Shown here: positions 29,032-39,281 of the stretch, one piece after another
Position numbering within the stretch: position 1 is the stretch's first letter
How the letters are laid out: every line of letters begins with the position of its first letter
NCBI GenBank assembly: GCA_963785235.1
Contig: CAWAUM010000003.1
Location: 256,001-320,000, forward strand
DNA: 64,000 nt
Source of the DNA: an uncultured delta proteobacterium
GTDB lineage: Bacteria; Desulfobacterota; Desulfomonilia; UBA1062
Direction of reading: 5' to 3'
The notes under the pieces: generated by a model
Told to the model about the DNA's origin: nothing
Databases searched by the model: none
What the model saw: only the letters and a program-made list of their open reading frames with translations
Translations under genes and position numbers: made by a program

Positions 29032-31116
29032 ATGAGGAAGTTTCGCACGGAAAACTTGAAAGATGTGATCATCATGTCACAATCCGGCGCCGGGAAGACA
29101 TCTCTCGGTGAGGCCTTCTTATTCAACGCCAAGGCCACTACCAGGCTCGGTAAGGTGCTCGACGGCAATACCGTCTTAGACTTTGAGCCTGAAGAGATCA
29201 AACGCCAGTCTTCAATCTTCAGCGCCCTGCACAACTTCAAGTGGAAGAACACAGGTGTTATCATGCTGGACACTCCAGGTGACACCAACTTCACCTCTGA
29301 GGTCATCCTCGGCTTAAAATCGTGTGACAACGCCCTTTTCGTCATTGATGCCATAGACTCCATCAAGCCCTATTCCGAAAACCTCTGGAAGATGGCGAGT
29401 GCGGAAGGCCTGACCAAAACCTGCTTCATCAGCAAAATTGACAGGGAGCGCGCCAATTACGAACAGGTACTCACTGACATATCGGAAGTCTTTGAGATAA
29501 AGCCATTACCCCTGACATTGCCCATCGGTGCTGAAGACAGCTTTGTAGGCGTAGTGGACGTACTCAAGAAAAAGGCATACCTCTATGAAAAGGATGGCTC
29601 AGGATCCTTTAAAGAGGCCGCTGTTCCTGCAGACATGCAGGACCAGCTTGAAGAGGTCTATGGAAAGGTCATCGAAGACCTGGCCGAGGTAGATGACGCC
29701 TTGATGGAAAAATACCTCGAAGGCGGAGAACTCTCTCAGACCGAGCTCGATAACGCGCTGGCTGCCGGGCTTGCCAAAGGCCTGTTCCTCCCGGTTTTCT
29801 GCGGATCCGCCCTGCTGAACATGGGTGTTCAGCCTGTTATGGACTTTATCAGTTCCTCATTCATCAGCCCCGACAAGAGGTCACTGCCCCCCTTGAAAAA
29901 CAGCAAGGGTGAGACAAAAGAATATAAGCCGGCCGAAGACCAGCCTTTCAGCGGTTACGTCTTCAAGACCATGAGCGACCCGTATACCGGGACCTTGAGC
30001 CTCATCCGGTGCCTCTCGGGAAGCTTAAGCCCCGACTCAAGCGTATACAATGCAAAACGCGAGTTCAAGGAGCGGGTGGGATCCATCCTTATACTCGAGG
30101 GCAAGACCCAGAAACCCCTTGAGCTGGTAGGCCCGGGCGATATCTTTGCCGTAGCGAAGTTGAAAGAAACCAAGACAGGCGATACACTGCTCTCGGAGTC
30201 TGTTCCCTTTACGCTCCCGAGCCCGATCTTCCCCGATCCCATCATGAACATGGCCGTAACCCCCAAGACCAAGGCGGACGTGGAAAAGATCATGCCTGCA
30301 TTCCATAAGATCATGGATGAAGACCCGGTACTCAAGGTATTCCGAGACGAACAGACCGGCGAGTTTATCCTGTCCGGCCTTGGCCAGCTCCACATCGAGA
30401 TCGCAGTGGACAGGCTCAAGAGAAGGTACGGGGTGGAGGTGGACCTGAAGACACCCAAGGTCCCCTACAAGGAGACCATCACCACTTCCGCCGAGGTGCA
30501 GGGCAAACACAAAAAGCAGACAGGCGGTCACGGCCAGTTCGGCGATTGCTGGCTCAGGGTGGAGCCCCAGGAACGCGGCAAGGGCTTCGAGTTCGTCAAT
30601 GGCATCGTGGGCGGGGTCATCCCCAGACAGTATATCCCGGCCGTGGAAAAGGGAGTGATCGAATCCATGCAGACAGGGCCGTTGACGGGAAACCCTGTAG
30701 TGGATATAAAGGTCACCGTGTATTTCGGCTCGTACCACGAGGTGGACTCCTCTGAAATGGCCTTCAAGATCGCCGGCTCACTGGCCTTCAAAAAGGCCAT
30801 GGAACAGTGCAGGCCCATCCTGCTTGAGCCCATCATGAACATCACGGTAACCGTACCAGAGGAGTGCATGGGTGATGTCATGGGCGACCTCAACAGCCGA
30901 AGGGCCAAGATAGAGGGCATGAACTCCAGGGGCAAGTACCAGGAGCTCAAGGCCCAGATCCCTCTGGCCGAGGTGCTCACCTATGCAGCCAGCCTCACCT
31001 CCATCACCTCGGGACGGGGCACATTTACCATGGGCTTCTCACACCTGGATCCGGTGCCGTACAATCTCCAGGACAAGATCGTTGAGGAGGCGAAGACAGC
31101 AAAAGATGGAAAATGA
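29032..31116 (+). CDS. fusA: Elongation factor G paralogue (EF-G2-like)
   Basis: Full EF-G architecture (LGQLHIEI, HKKQTGGHGQFG, GSYHEVDSSEMAF) with degenerate G1 SQSGAGKTS, DTPGD and SKID; not in an str operon. Confidence 0.88.
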   Translation: MRKFRTENLKDVIIMSQSGAGKTSLGEAFLFNAKATTRLGKVLDGNTVLDFEPEEIKRQSSIFSALHNFKWKNTGVIMLDTPGDTNFTSEVILGLKSCDNALFVIDAIDSIKPYSENLWKMASAEGLTKTCFISKIDRERANYEQVLTDISEVFEIKPLPLTLPIGAEDSFVGVVDVLKKKAYLYEKDGSGSFKEAAVPADMQDQLEEVYGKVIEDLAEVDDALMEKYLEGGELSQTELDNALAAGLAKGLFLPVFCGSALLNMGVQPVMDFISSSFISPDKRSLPPLKNSKGETKEYKPAEDQPFSGYVFKTMSDPYTGTLSLIRCLSGSLSPDSSVYNAKREFKERVGSILILEGKTQKPLELVGPGDIFAVAKLKETKTGDTLLSESVPFTLPSPIFPDPIMNMAVTPKTKADVEKIMPAFHKIMDEDPVLKVFRDEQTGEFILSGLGQLHIEIAVDRLKRRYGVEVDLKTPKVPYKETITTSAEVQGKHKKQTGGHGQFGDCWLRVEPQERGKGFEFVNGIVGGVIPRQYIPAVEKGVIESMQTGPLTGNPVVDIKVTVYFGSYHEVDSSEMAFKIAGSLAFKKAMEQCRPILLEPIMNITVTVPEECMGDVMGDLNSRRAKIEGMNSRGKYQELKAQIPLAEVLTYAASLTSITSGRGTFTMGFSHLDPVPYNLQDKIVEEAKTAKDGK

Positions 31117-31540
31117 CGGGTCAGATTCCATCAGGAGTCTGTTCCAGAAAATCCAGACCATGTCTGTCTCGGAAAAGCTTGACCTTGCGCGCAAGGCGTC
31201 CAAGGAGGCTCGTTCGATACTTATCCGCGACTCCAATAAGCTTATCCAGCTGGCAGTGGTCCAATCCCCGAAGATCACCGAGAGCGAGATACTGGCCATC
31301 GCCTCTAACCGCCAGGTGAATGACGAAGTCCTTAAAGAGATTGCAATGAACCGGGAGTGGCTGAGAAACTATCCGATCAGGCTCGCACTGGTGACCAACC
31401 CCAAGACCCCCCTTTCAATCGCCATGGCCCAGGTTTCCTACCTCAACCAGAGAGACCTCGGCCTGCTGGCCAAGAGCAAGGGCGTGGCCAGATCCATCGT
31501 GATAGCGGCCCAGGGCAGGCTCAAGGAGGTAAAACGTTGA
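31106..31540 (+). CDS. Conserved hypothetical helical protein
   Basis: Overlaps the fusA stop; KEARSILIRD.NK...P.ITE.E...ALVTNPKTP motif. Confidence 0.7.
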   Translation: MENDGSDSIRSLFQKIQTMSVSEKLDLARKASKEARSILIRDSNKLIQLAVVQSPKITESEILAIASNRQVNDEVLKEIAMNREWLRNYPIRLALVTNPKTPLSIAMAQVSYLNQRDLGLLAKSKGVARSIVIAAQGRLKEVKR

Positions 31541-32028
31541 AGAAGGCGGGGGTACTCACCTTGAGTGACAAGGGTTCAGCCGGTCTGCGCCAGGACCTGA
31601 GCGGGCCCATTATCCAGGAGATCCTGACAGGCCTGGGCATATCCGTAGAGATGACGGAGATTATCCCGGACGATCAGCGCCTCATCAAAGATCGTCTCAT
31701 TGCCTGGTGCGATGAGCACCACCTTGACCTCATCATCACCACAGGGGGCACAGGGCTGTCCCCCAGGGACGTAACCCCTGATGCGACGCTGGCGGTCATC
31801 GACAAGCGCGTACCGGGCATGGAAGAGGTCATGCGCCTTGAAAGCCTCAAGAAGACTCCCCATGCCATGATATCCCGGGCTGTGGTGGGTGTGAGAAAGC
31901 ACACACTCATCGTAAACATCCCCGGCAGCCCCAAAGCGGCCCGGGAGTGCCTCGAAAGTATTGCACCCGCCCTGCCCCACGCCCTGGACAAACTCGGCGG
32001 TGACATGAGCGAGTGTGCTCAAGAATAA
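31537..32028 (+). CDS. mog: Molybdopterin adenylyltransferase (MogA/MoaB)
   Basis: TTG start after AAGGAGGT; TLSDKG...D.SG, TTGGTGLSPRDVTPDAT, SRA, NIPGSPKA. Confidence 0.9.
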   Translation: MKKAGVLTLSDKGSAGLRQDLSGPIIQEILTGLGISVEMTEIIPDDQRLIKDRLIAWCDEHHLDLIITTGGTGLSPRDVTPDATLAVIDKRVPGMEEVMRLESLKKTPHAMISRAVVGVRKHTLIVNIPGSPKAARECLESIAPALPHALDKLGGDMSECAQE

Positions 32029-32106
32029 AGTTTTTCTGAATGCTTGCCGTGAAAAGTGATAGAAAGGTATAAAATCATTTGTTATTGTCATGCCTGTTAA
32101 GAGGAG

Positions 32107-33573
32107 ATGCAAGTGAGGCTCAAGCGTGATCTGAGGTATTCGGTTGAGGCAAGTGACAGCAGTAAGACTGTGTGCTTCAGAGATTTCCAGAAGACCGAGC
32201 ATATATGCAGGGTCAAAGATTATTCACGAACCGGGGTGTCATTCTTCCTTGAAGACGGCAGCCTGCTCCTGCACATCGGCGACATCATAACCGATCTGAA
32301 GTTCAACTCCAACGACCAGGAGGTGCATGCCGGAAGTGCTACGATAATCCACCTCCTGGACGAAGAGCGTGATGGTCAAATCATATCATGCATAGGCTGC
32401 TCATATAACGATCAGTCCATGGATGTATATTCCATCATGAAGGTCGACAAGATCACCAAGCTCCAGAACAATTTTCTGGACTTCGTGCAGTCCATGGCCA
32501 TCGAGGAGAATCTCGATCCTGAGTTTGTCAACCTTACCTCCCATCTCCATTACATCCTCGATGGATTCCAAGAAAGGTTGAGTGAGGACCTTGAAACCAT
32601 ACATCTCGACGATGAATCCCTTCAGGATGCCCTTCTGGAGACTTTACGCGAGCTTGCCTTTAATGCCTTGTTCGATGATCTGAATCGCTACTATGATCAT
32701 TTTACCAGGATCATAAGCCGTTTCACCGACCCGAAGCAGCATTATATCCACCGGGAGTTTTTCCAGAAACGCCTGCATTCATACCTGTTAAAATCCAGGC
32801 TGTTCAACCGGAGCATTACCAAGCCTTTGGGATACTCGGGTGACTATGAGATGATGAATATCATCTACCGCAACACCTTCGAAGGAGATGACCTGTTCTC
32901 GCAGGTGCTGAACAAGGTCGACTGCGAAGGCACCGCATCGCGGGCCGTGAGGAACCGCAGGTCATATTTATGCAGGAAACTCGTAAACCTTGTAGCGAAC
33001 AGCACATCAGACAGCAATCTCAAGATTATGAGTGTTGCCTGCGGGCCGGCCCTTGAATTTGCAGACATGCTCAAGGACTTTGAAGGAAAGACCTTTCCCT
33101 TTACCATCGAATTTATCGCCATGGACCAGGACACCCTGGCGCTGGAAGACGCCAAGGCCCGGATCACGCCGCTGGTCAAGGGCAATCCCCGGATCAGCGT
33201 ACACTTCGAGCAGGATAATATCAAGAGGCTCATCGTTGAAAGGGGCACTGGAAGAGATCTCTATGCCGGCCTCGATATTGTCTATACTGCAGGGCTGTTC
33301 GACTACCTTTCCGACAGGGCCTCCAACAGGCTCATCCACAAGCTCTACAGCTTCCTCAAGCCAGGAGGTCTCCTGGTGGTCGGAAACTTCGGACTGTACA
33401 ATCCCCAGAGGTTCATCATGGAATTCGGGGCAGAGTGGTTCCTTATCCATCGGGGCGAATTTGAACTCAAAGGACTTGCAGGTGATCTGCCGGGGAATCC
33501 TGTTATAACCGTAGAGAAGGAACCGGAGGGAGTTAATCTATTTCTCAATGTACAAAAGTCAGTAGAGGCATAA
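32107..33573 (+). CDS. PilZ-like domain plus class I SAM methyltransferase, PhcB-like
   Basis: N-terminal RxxxR and DYSRTG; KPLGYSGDYEMMNIIY.N, AVRNRR, SVACGPA, YTAGLFDYL, PGGLLVVGNF, EWFLIHR. Confidence 0.75.
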   Translation: MQVRLKRDLRYSVEASDSSKTVCFRDFQKTEHICRVKDYSRTGVSFFLEDGSLLLHIGDIITDLKFNSNDQEVHAGSATIIHLLDEERDGQIISCIGCSYNDQSMDVYSIMKVDKITKLQNNFLDFVQSMAIEENLDPEFVNLTSHLHYILDGFQERLSEDLETIHLDDESLQDALLETLRELAFNALFDDLNRYYDHFTRIISRFTDPKQHYIHREFFQKRLHSYLLKSRLFNRSITKPLGYSGDYEMMNIIYRNTFEGDDLFSQVLNKVDCEGTASRAVRNRRSYLCRKLVNLVANSTSDSNLKIMSVACGPALEFADMLKDFEGKTFPFTIEFIAMDQDTLALEDAKARITPLVKGNPRISVHFEQDNIKRLIVERGTGRDLYAGLDIVYTAGLFDYLSDRASNRLIHKLYSFLKPGGLLVVGNFGLYNPQRFIMEFGAEWFLIHRGEFELKGLAGDLPGNPVITVEKEPEGVNLFLNVQKSVEA

Positions 33574-33577
33574 GGCT

Positions 33578-34082
33578 TCAAACGCCCCCAAAGACCTCTT
33601 CGAACTGTGTGATATCCGGCAATTCCGATAAAGAGGAAAGCCCGAAGACCTCCAGGAACTTGTCCGTAATGTAGTACATCATGGGTTTGCCCGACTTGAT
33701 GTCGATGAGCTGGTGCTTGAGAAGCTGCTTGAGGCTCGACGTTGAATCCACACCCCTTATACCGTCGATGGTCTGCTTTGAACACGGCCCTTTATAGGCA
33801 ATAACGGCAAGCACCTCAAGCGAGGCGCCTGTGAGCTTCACCGGGGTCACGAGCTGCCTGATGAAGGATGCATGCTCGGGCAAGGTCACAAACAGGTATC
33901 CGGTTGCAACAAGGTTTATCCTGAAGCTCCGGTTGGAGGCTTCATAGATGCCGTTTAGATCATCAATATATCGCTCGATCTCTTCGGATGGACAATCCGG
34001 GCAGGATCTTCAAAATTTCCTTGATTGAAAGCGCCCTGCCGGACGAAAAGATGAGCGCTTCAATGATCTCCCGATTCCCCAT
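33578..34082 (-). CDS. scpB: Segregation and condensation protein B, frameshifted near 34000
   Basis: MGNREIIEALIF start in another frame; LEVLAVIAYKGP..IDGIRGVDS, T.KFLEVFGL.SL.ELP. Confidence 0.85.
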
Positions 34083-34126
34083 TTTTTAACCATCCCCTCC
34101 ATGCTTCACCACTATCCCCCCTTGCC

Positions 34127-34858
34127 TCAATCCCTCTCTTGCCTCTTGACCAGATAAATGGTTGAAAACAGGCCTTTCTGAATGAGTCTGACTATGCTCA
34201 GTTTCGACATCTCCAGGGCTGCCATGAACGCACCGATGATCTCGGTTTTTTCGCCGGTGGGGGCTGCCTCATGCAGGGCAATCTTATTTTTTGAAGAAAA
34301 GAGTGAGGCAATACGGGTCATGATATCCTGGATGGAAAACCGCATGGGCATGACATTCATGATGAGCTGCTTGGTGCGGGAACGGATAGCGGCAATTGCC
34401 TCCATCAAGGGGCCGAGAGAAGTCCTTGAGACATCTCTCTCGTCGGCCATTGTTCCCTTGGGGAAGGTGTCCCAGTAGAGCATGGGCCTCATAGCCGAGC
34501 TCGCGGGAAGCAACCTTGAGAGACTGGTAGGCGAGCAGCATCTCCCTGAGCTCGTCGGCCGGGTTCTTGCCCTCTTCATCCTTGTGCAAGTCGCCTCCAG
34601 GGGCAGCAGCAGGCGTGACTTCAGCCAGATAAGGTATGATGCCATGTCAAGGAACTCGCCGGCCAGCGATATGTCAAGGGACCTTATCCGTTCGATATAA
34701 GCCAGATACTGGTCAATAATGGGGCAGATTTCCAGGTCGGACAGGGTAAAGCGATTCTTCTCTATAAGGTACAGCAGCAGGTCGAGCGGGCCCTCGAACA
34801 TGGGCAGGTGCAGCACGAACTCGTTGCCTGCAGCCGGAGCACTTATGGTTTGTTCCAT
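34127..34858 (-). CDS. scpA: Segregation and condensation protein A (probable compensating indels mid-gene)
   Basis: FEGPLDLLLYLI, AGEFL.MAS.L..LKSRLLLP, F.A.LE. Confidence 0.85.
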   Translation of the reverse strand: MEQTISAPAAGNEFVLHLPMFEGPLDLLLYLIEKNRFTLSDLEICPIIDQYLAYIERIRSLDISLAGEFLDMASYLIWLKSRLLLPLEATCTRMKRARTRPTSSGRCCSPTSLSRLLPASSAMRPMLYWDTFPKGTMADERDVSRTSLGPLMEAIAAIRSRTKQLIMNVMPMRFSIQDIMTRIASLFSSKNKIALHEAAPTGEKTEIIGAFMAALEMSKLSIVRLIQKGLFSTIYLVKRQERD

Positions 34859-34875
34859 TCCAACCCCTTATGCCC

Positions 34876-35862
34876 TTAGAGCTTCATGGCCTCCCTCACC
34901 CGTGCAATGGTGAGCGCTGACTCGCGTGTGGCTTTATCGCATCCCGCCTTCAGGATATCATCCACCAGGGCCTCATGGCCACGGTAATATTCAATCTTTT
35001 CCCATATGGGTTTGAACTCTTTTATCAGGTTGGTAATAAGTATGCGCTTGCAGTCCACACACCCCAGCTTGGCGCTCCTGCAGCCTGAGCGAATCTCAGC
35101 TCTGGCGGCCTCATCCGTGAAAAAATCATGGAATGGATACAGGTTGCAATCCTTGGGCTCGCCGGGGTCGGTCTTCCTCATGCGCTTGACGTCCGTAAGC
35201 ATCTGCATCACCTTGGGCTTAAGGGACTCCTCGGTCTCATCAATAAAGATGGCATTGCCGTATGACTTTGACATCTTCCTTCCATCGAGCCCCGGGACCC
35301 TGGGCGCCTCGGTCAGGATTTCCTTGGGCTCTGTCAGGATCTCGGCCCCATAAAGATAGTTGAATCTCCGCACGATCTCGCGGGTCAGCTCCAGGTGGGG
35401 AAGCTGGTCGGCGCCTATGGGGACCCTGTCGGCATGATAGATTACGATATCCGCAGCCTGGAGTACCGGGTATCCCAGAAAACCAAACGTGCTCAGGTCC
35501 TTCTCCTTGAGTTCCTCTTTCATCTCTTTATAGGTGGGATTCCTCTCGAGCCAGGAAAGGGGGGTGATCATGGTCAGGAGCAGGAACAGCTCGGCATGTG
35601 ACTTGATGTCCGACTGGCGGAATAGTACCGATTTTTCAGGGTCCAGACCTACACTCAGCCAGATAGTTACCATGTCCCGGGCGCTTTGAGCGATGATGGA
35701 GGGGTCTTTATACTCGCTGGTCAGCGCGTGCCAGTCGGCAATAAAATAAAAACATTGGTATTCATCCTGAAGGCTCACCCAGTTTTTGAGTACCCCGAGA
35801 TAGTGCCCCAGATGGAGGTCGCCTGTGGGTCTGATGCCGGATACGATACGCTTTTTATCCAT
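34876..35862 (-). CDS. trpS: Tryptophan--tRNA ligase
   Basis: SGIRPTG.LHLGHY, YPVLQAADI, GADQ, KMSKS. Confidence 0.95.
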   Translation of the reverse strand: MDKKRIVSGIRPTGDLHLGHYLGVLKNWVSLQDEYQCFYFIADWHALTSEYKDPSIIAQSARDMVTIWLSVGLDPEKSVLFRQSDIKSHAELFLLLTMITPLSWLERNPTYKEMKEELKEKDLSTFGFLGYPVLQAADIVIYHADRVPIGADQLPHLELTREIVRRFNYLYGAEILTEPKEILTEAPRVPGLDGRKMSKSYGNAIFIDETEESLKPKVMQMLTDVKRMRKTDPGEPKDCNLYPFHDFFTDEAARAEIRSGCRSAKLGCVDCKRILITNLIKEFKPIWEKIEYYRGHEALVDDILKAGCDKATRESALTIARVREAMKL

Positions 35863-35875
35863 ACTATTCCTTTTT

Positions 35876-36508
35876 TTATTTCATGAGGATATTCAAAATG
35901 ACACTGATGATCGGAAAGATCACAATGTCTACTATATGGGTGAATATAAGTACGAGCAGAATCATGAAGCCGTAAGGCTGCAGTTTGGAATAAGCGTAAG
36001 CAGCCTTCAAGGGAAGCAGCCCCTCTAAGATGTGGCTCCCATCAAGTGGATGGATGGGAATGAGATTGAAGATGGCAAGCCCCACATTGATCATAATCAT
36101 ATATTGGGCCATTATGGCCAGCGGATAGAAAATAGTCTGCGAAAGAAGACCGCCAAACTGTTTGAAAACAAATGCAGTTACTACAGCCAATGCTATATTG
36201 GACAAGGGGCCTGCCAGTGAGACCCACATCATATTGGTGCGGGGTTTCTTGAAATATCTGGGGTCCACCGGCACGGGCTTGGCCCACCCGATGGCCATAC
36301 CCGCTATACCGGTAATAAAAAGCACAAGGAGGCCCACGGGATCTATATGCTTGATGGGGTTCAGGGTAAGCCTGCCTGCATCCTTGGCCGTTGGGTCACC
36401 GAAAAGAAATGCTGCATAGCCGTGACATACCTCATGGACGGTTATGGACAGCAGAACTGGCACCATTAACAGTGCAATTTGGCTGATAATATGATTGATG
36501 TCGTTCAT
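35876..36508 (-). CDS. Site-2 protease family (M50) zinc metalloprotease
   Basis: HEVCH, GWAKPVP, AGPLSN, FNLIPIHPLDG. Confidence 0.9.
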   Translation of the reverse strand: MNDINHIISQIALLMVPVLLSITVHEVCHGYAAFLFGDPTAKDAGRLTLNPIKHIDPVGLLVLFITGIAGMAIGWAKPVPVDPRYFKKPRTNMMWVSLAGPLSNIALAVVTAFVFKQFGGLLSQTIFYPLAIMAQYMIMINVGLAIFNLIPIHPLDGSHILEGLLPLKAAYAYSKLQPYGFMILLVLIFTHIVDIVIFPIISVILNILMK

Positions 36509-36613
36509 TGTGCAGGCCTTATACCTTATGGAAGTCTAGGTGTCAAAAAGTTAGCTGCTTGCTCTGGGTTAAGCATAAACTCATAGTGACCATGAAGTTG
36601 TTTTTAAATATTA

Positions 36614-36705
36614 GGTCCGTTCAAATCATCTATCTTCGCAGCCGTCGGATAATGTTAATTTTCCCGGCCCTTCAAGGCTGCGAAGATAGATGATTTGAAC
36701 GGACC
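36614..36705. repeat. Palindromic element: perfect 30-bp arms, 32-nt spacer
   Basis: ggtccgttcaaatcatctatcttcgcagcc ... ggctgcgaagatagatgatttgaacggacc. Confidence 0.9.
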
Positions 36706-36805
36706 AGGTTTTAAAGCCTCTTAAATGCAACCTTCGGATTTCAGATCACCGATCCTTCGCTTTTCATTTCTTGCCCGCAGACCTCCACCCTGCTAACAGT
36801 GAATA

Positions 36806-37516
36806 ATGTCCGATTATCTCATCTGCTGGCCTCAACTCACAAAAGGCACCCTTATCAGGCGCTACAAACGCTTCATGGCTGATGTGGAGCTTGAAAACGG
36901 CCATGTCATAACCGTCCACTGCCCCAATTCGGGCCGTATGCTCGGCTGCTCAGAGCCCGGCAGGACCGTATTCCTCTCACAGTCTGATAATAAAAACCGG
37001 AAATTTCCCTATACCTGGGAGATCATCCACATGCCGGGCTCACTGGTAGTGGTCAATACCCTGCGTGCCAACCAGGCCGCAAAGGCAGCCATAGAACGCG
37101 GTCTTATACCCGAACTTGCAGGTTACTCTGCCATCAGATCCGAGGTTAGGATAGGCGAACACTCGCGTATCGACCTTCTCCTTGAAAGAGATCACGGAAG
37201 ATCGTCACTGGTGGAGGTGAAAAGCGCTACATACGCAATTGATGGCCGCGTCATGTTTCCGGATGCTGTGACAGCCCGTGGTCTTAAGCATCTCAAGGAA
37301 TTGCAGAGATCACTGACAAGAGGATACCGGTGTGCCATGTTCTTTCTGGTGCAAAGAATGGACGCACATTTCTTCACACCTGCAGACCATATTGATCCGG
37401 CATATGCCCAAGGTCTCCATATGGCCCGCAGCAAAGGTGTAGATGTTATCGTCTATGGGACAGAAATCACCCATGAAGGCATGGGCCTGGGCCCACGAAT
37501 ACCTTGCCGATTCTAG
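36806..37516 (+). CDS. sfsA: DNA/RNA nuclease SfsA
   Basis: RRYKRF.ADV, HCPNSGRM, RIDLLL, VEVKS, FPDAVTARG.KHL. Confidence 0.92.
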   Translation: MSDYLICWPQLTKGTLIRRYKRFMADVELENGHVITVHCPNSGRMLGCSEPGRTVFLSQSDNKNRKFPYTWEIIHMPGSLVVVNTLRANQAAKAAIERGLIPELAGYSAIRSEVRIGEHSRIDLLLERDHGRSSLVEVKSATYAIDGRVMFPDAVTARGLKHLKELQRSLTRGYRCAMFFLVQRMDAHFFTPADHIDPAYAQGLHMARSKGVDVIVYGTEITHEGMGLGPRIPCRF

Positions 37517-37643
37517 CCAAGGAGTGCCTTGCCCATAATATTAATCCATCAGCTGTATTGAAATAGGACATTCTTGTCCCTACTCAGGTATCAAGGCTGA
37601 ACTTCATGCTCGCAACTGATGGCATTCACAAAGGAGAGATGAT

Positions 37644-38120
37644 ATGAAAAAGGATACGGAGCTGACCTTGGCAAGAAAAGAAAATGAAAAAGGATCGTCC
37701 CGTGAAGATATGACCGACTCATCCAGGAAGACACTCACCAAAGAACCATCTGCGAACGACAATATCTATACCGACACCATAAAGTCACTATTGGAGAAAA
37801 ACAGGAGCAGGGTTTCACAATACTACTGCGCCAACAGAAAATGTCCAACCACGTTCTGGGAAGCGGATCTTGGATTCCAGTGCCCTCGCTGCGGTGCTTT
37901 CGGCCTTATCAGCTCATTCAAGGCAGACACGGCATACGAACCCGATATGAATAAGCCCGTGGTTGGATATATTGACAGTATCGGCCGGCTGTTCTGCCCC
38001 ACGTGCACAGATCGCTTCGGAATGAGAGATGATGTAGGTCTGGTCATCTACAACGACAGCGAGCCTTACTGCAATGAGGACTGCGAGGCATGTAGAACCA
38101 GCCTTCACTCGACTTTGTAA
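37644..38120 (+). CDS. Hypothetical Cys-rich putative zinc-binding protein
   Basis: AAGGAG RBS; CANRKC, CPRC, CPTC, CNEDCEAC. Confidence 0.65.
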   Translation: MKKDTELTLARKENEKGSSREDMTDSSRKTLTKEPSANDNIYTDTIKSLLEKNRSRVSQYYCANRKCPTTFWEADLGFQCPRCGAFGLISSFKADTAYEPDMNKPVVGYIDSIGRLFCPTCTDRFGMRDDVGLVIYNDSEPYCNEDCEACRTSLHSTL

Positions 38121-38166
38121 GAGACACCTCCCCGGATGAGGTCTTTTACGGTATAGTAAAGACCTT

Positions 38167-38871
38167 ATGGCCAAGGTACGCATCAACAGATATATCGCCT
38201 CAACAGGAGCTATCTCCCGGAGAAAAGCCGATGATCTTATTACGCAAGGCCGTGTTAAGATCAACAACAACACGGCCGTCTTGGGGGACATCCTGGACCC
38301 GGAGCAGGATGCAGTGACCCTTGACGGCAGGAGCGTTACCCGCCAGAATACACTCCTGGTCGCCATGTATAAGCCCAAGTTTGTTTTAACCACCATGAAC
38401 GATCCCCAGGGGAGGCCATGCATTAAGGATCTCATCCCCAAACAACTCCAGGGGGTGTTCCCGGTGGGTAGATTGGATTTTGACGCGGAAGGACTCCTCA
38501 TTTTAACGAATGACGGAGATTTGTCGCATTCTCTGCATCACCCATCTTTCCATATTCCAAAGGTCTATCTGGTCAACGTTACACCCAAGGCCTCCCCTGA
38601 GGCTATGAAGCAAATGGAAACAGGCATTTTTCTCGATGGCAGAAAGACGCTGCCGGCAAAGGTGACAGAGGAACATGCCCGTTCTGTGGGATCCGCACTG
38701 AGAATCACCCTTGTTCAGGGGCTGAAAAACCAGATCAAGCGTATGGCCGCAGCAGTAGGGCTCCGGGTTGAATCCATCAAAAGAATCAGCATTGGTCCGG
38801 TACTGCTCAAGGGGATGTCTCCCGGCCAGATCCGCCAAATGAGCCAATCGGAAGAGGGAGTCCCTCTATAA
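38167..38871 (+). CDS. rRNA pseudouridine synthase (RsuA/RluB family)
   Basis: S4 domain (SRRKADDLI..GRV), YKP, PVGRLDFDAEGLLILTNDG. Confidence 0.9.
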   Translation: MAKVRINRYIASTGAISRRKADDLITQGRVKINNNTAVLGDILDPEQDAVTLDGRSVTRQNTLLVAMYKPKFVLTTMNDPQGRPCIKDLIPKQLQGVFPVGRLDFDAEGLLILTNDGDLSHSLHHPSFHIPKVYLVNVTPKASPEAMKQMETGIFLDGRKTLPAKVTEEHARSVGSALRITLVQGLKNQIKRMAAAVGLRVESIKRISIGPVLLKGMSPGQIRQMSQSEEGVPL

Positions 38872-38895
38872 GATACTAAAAAAACATAAAAAACC

Positions 38896-38923
38896 TTGAC
38901 ATGTGCATGGAGGTCTTTATAAT
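38896..38923 (+). promoter_or_regulatory. Sigma-70 promoter for the IHF/HU gene
   Basis: TTGACA-N16-TATAAT. Confidence 0.7.
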
Positions 38924-38957
38924 CTATGAATAATTATATAAATGTAGGAGGAGATAC

Positions 38958-39239
38958 ATGAACAAATCGGAACTGATTGAAGAACTTTCCATGCGCATGG
39001 CTCTCCACCCGAAAAAGGCAGAGGCCTTGGTGAACTCCATCCTCAACTCCATGATTTTTGCCATGAAAGGCAAGCGTCGGGTCGAGATCCGTGGGTTCGG
39101 AAGCTTTGTCATGAGGGATTACAAACCTTATATCGGGAGGAATCCAAAGAGTGGGGAGAAAATCCAGGTAAAGACAAAAACCCTGCCCTTCTTTAAATCC
39201 GGGAAGGACATGAGAGATCAGGTCAACGGCAAGGCCTGA
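38958..39239 (+). CDS. ihfB: Integration host factor beta subunit
   Basis: MNKSELI, RVEIRGFGSF, GRNPKSGE, PFFKSGK. Confidence 0.88.
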   Translation: MNKSELIEELSMRMALHPKKAEALVNSILNSMIFAMKGKRRVEIRGFGSFVMRDYKPYIGRNPKSGEKIQVKTKTLPFFKSGKDMRDQVNGKA

Positions 39240-39281
39240 TAACCATCCAAAAGCTCAGCCTCTATTTTTTTGTATTTGAGA

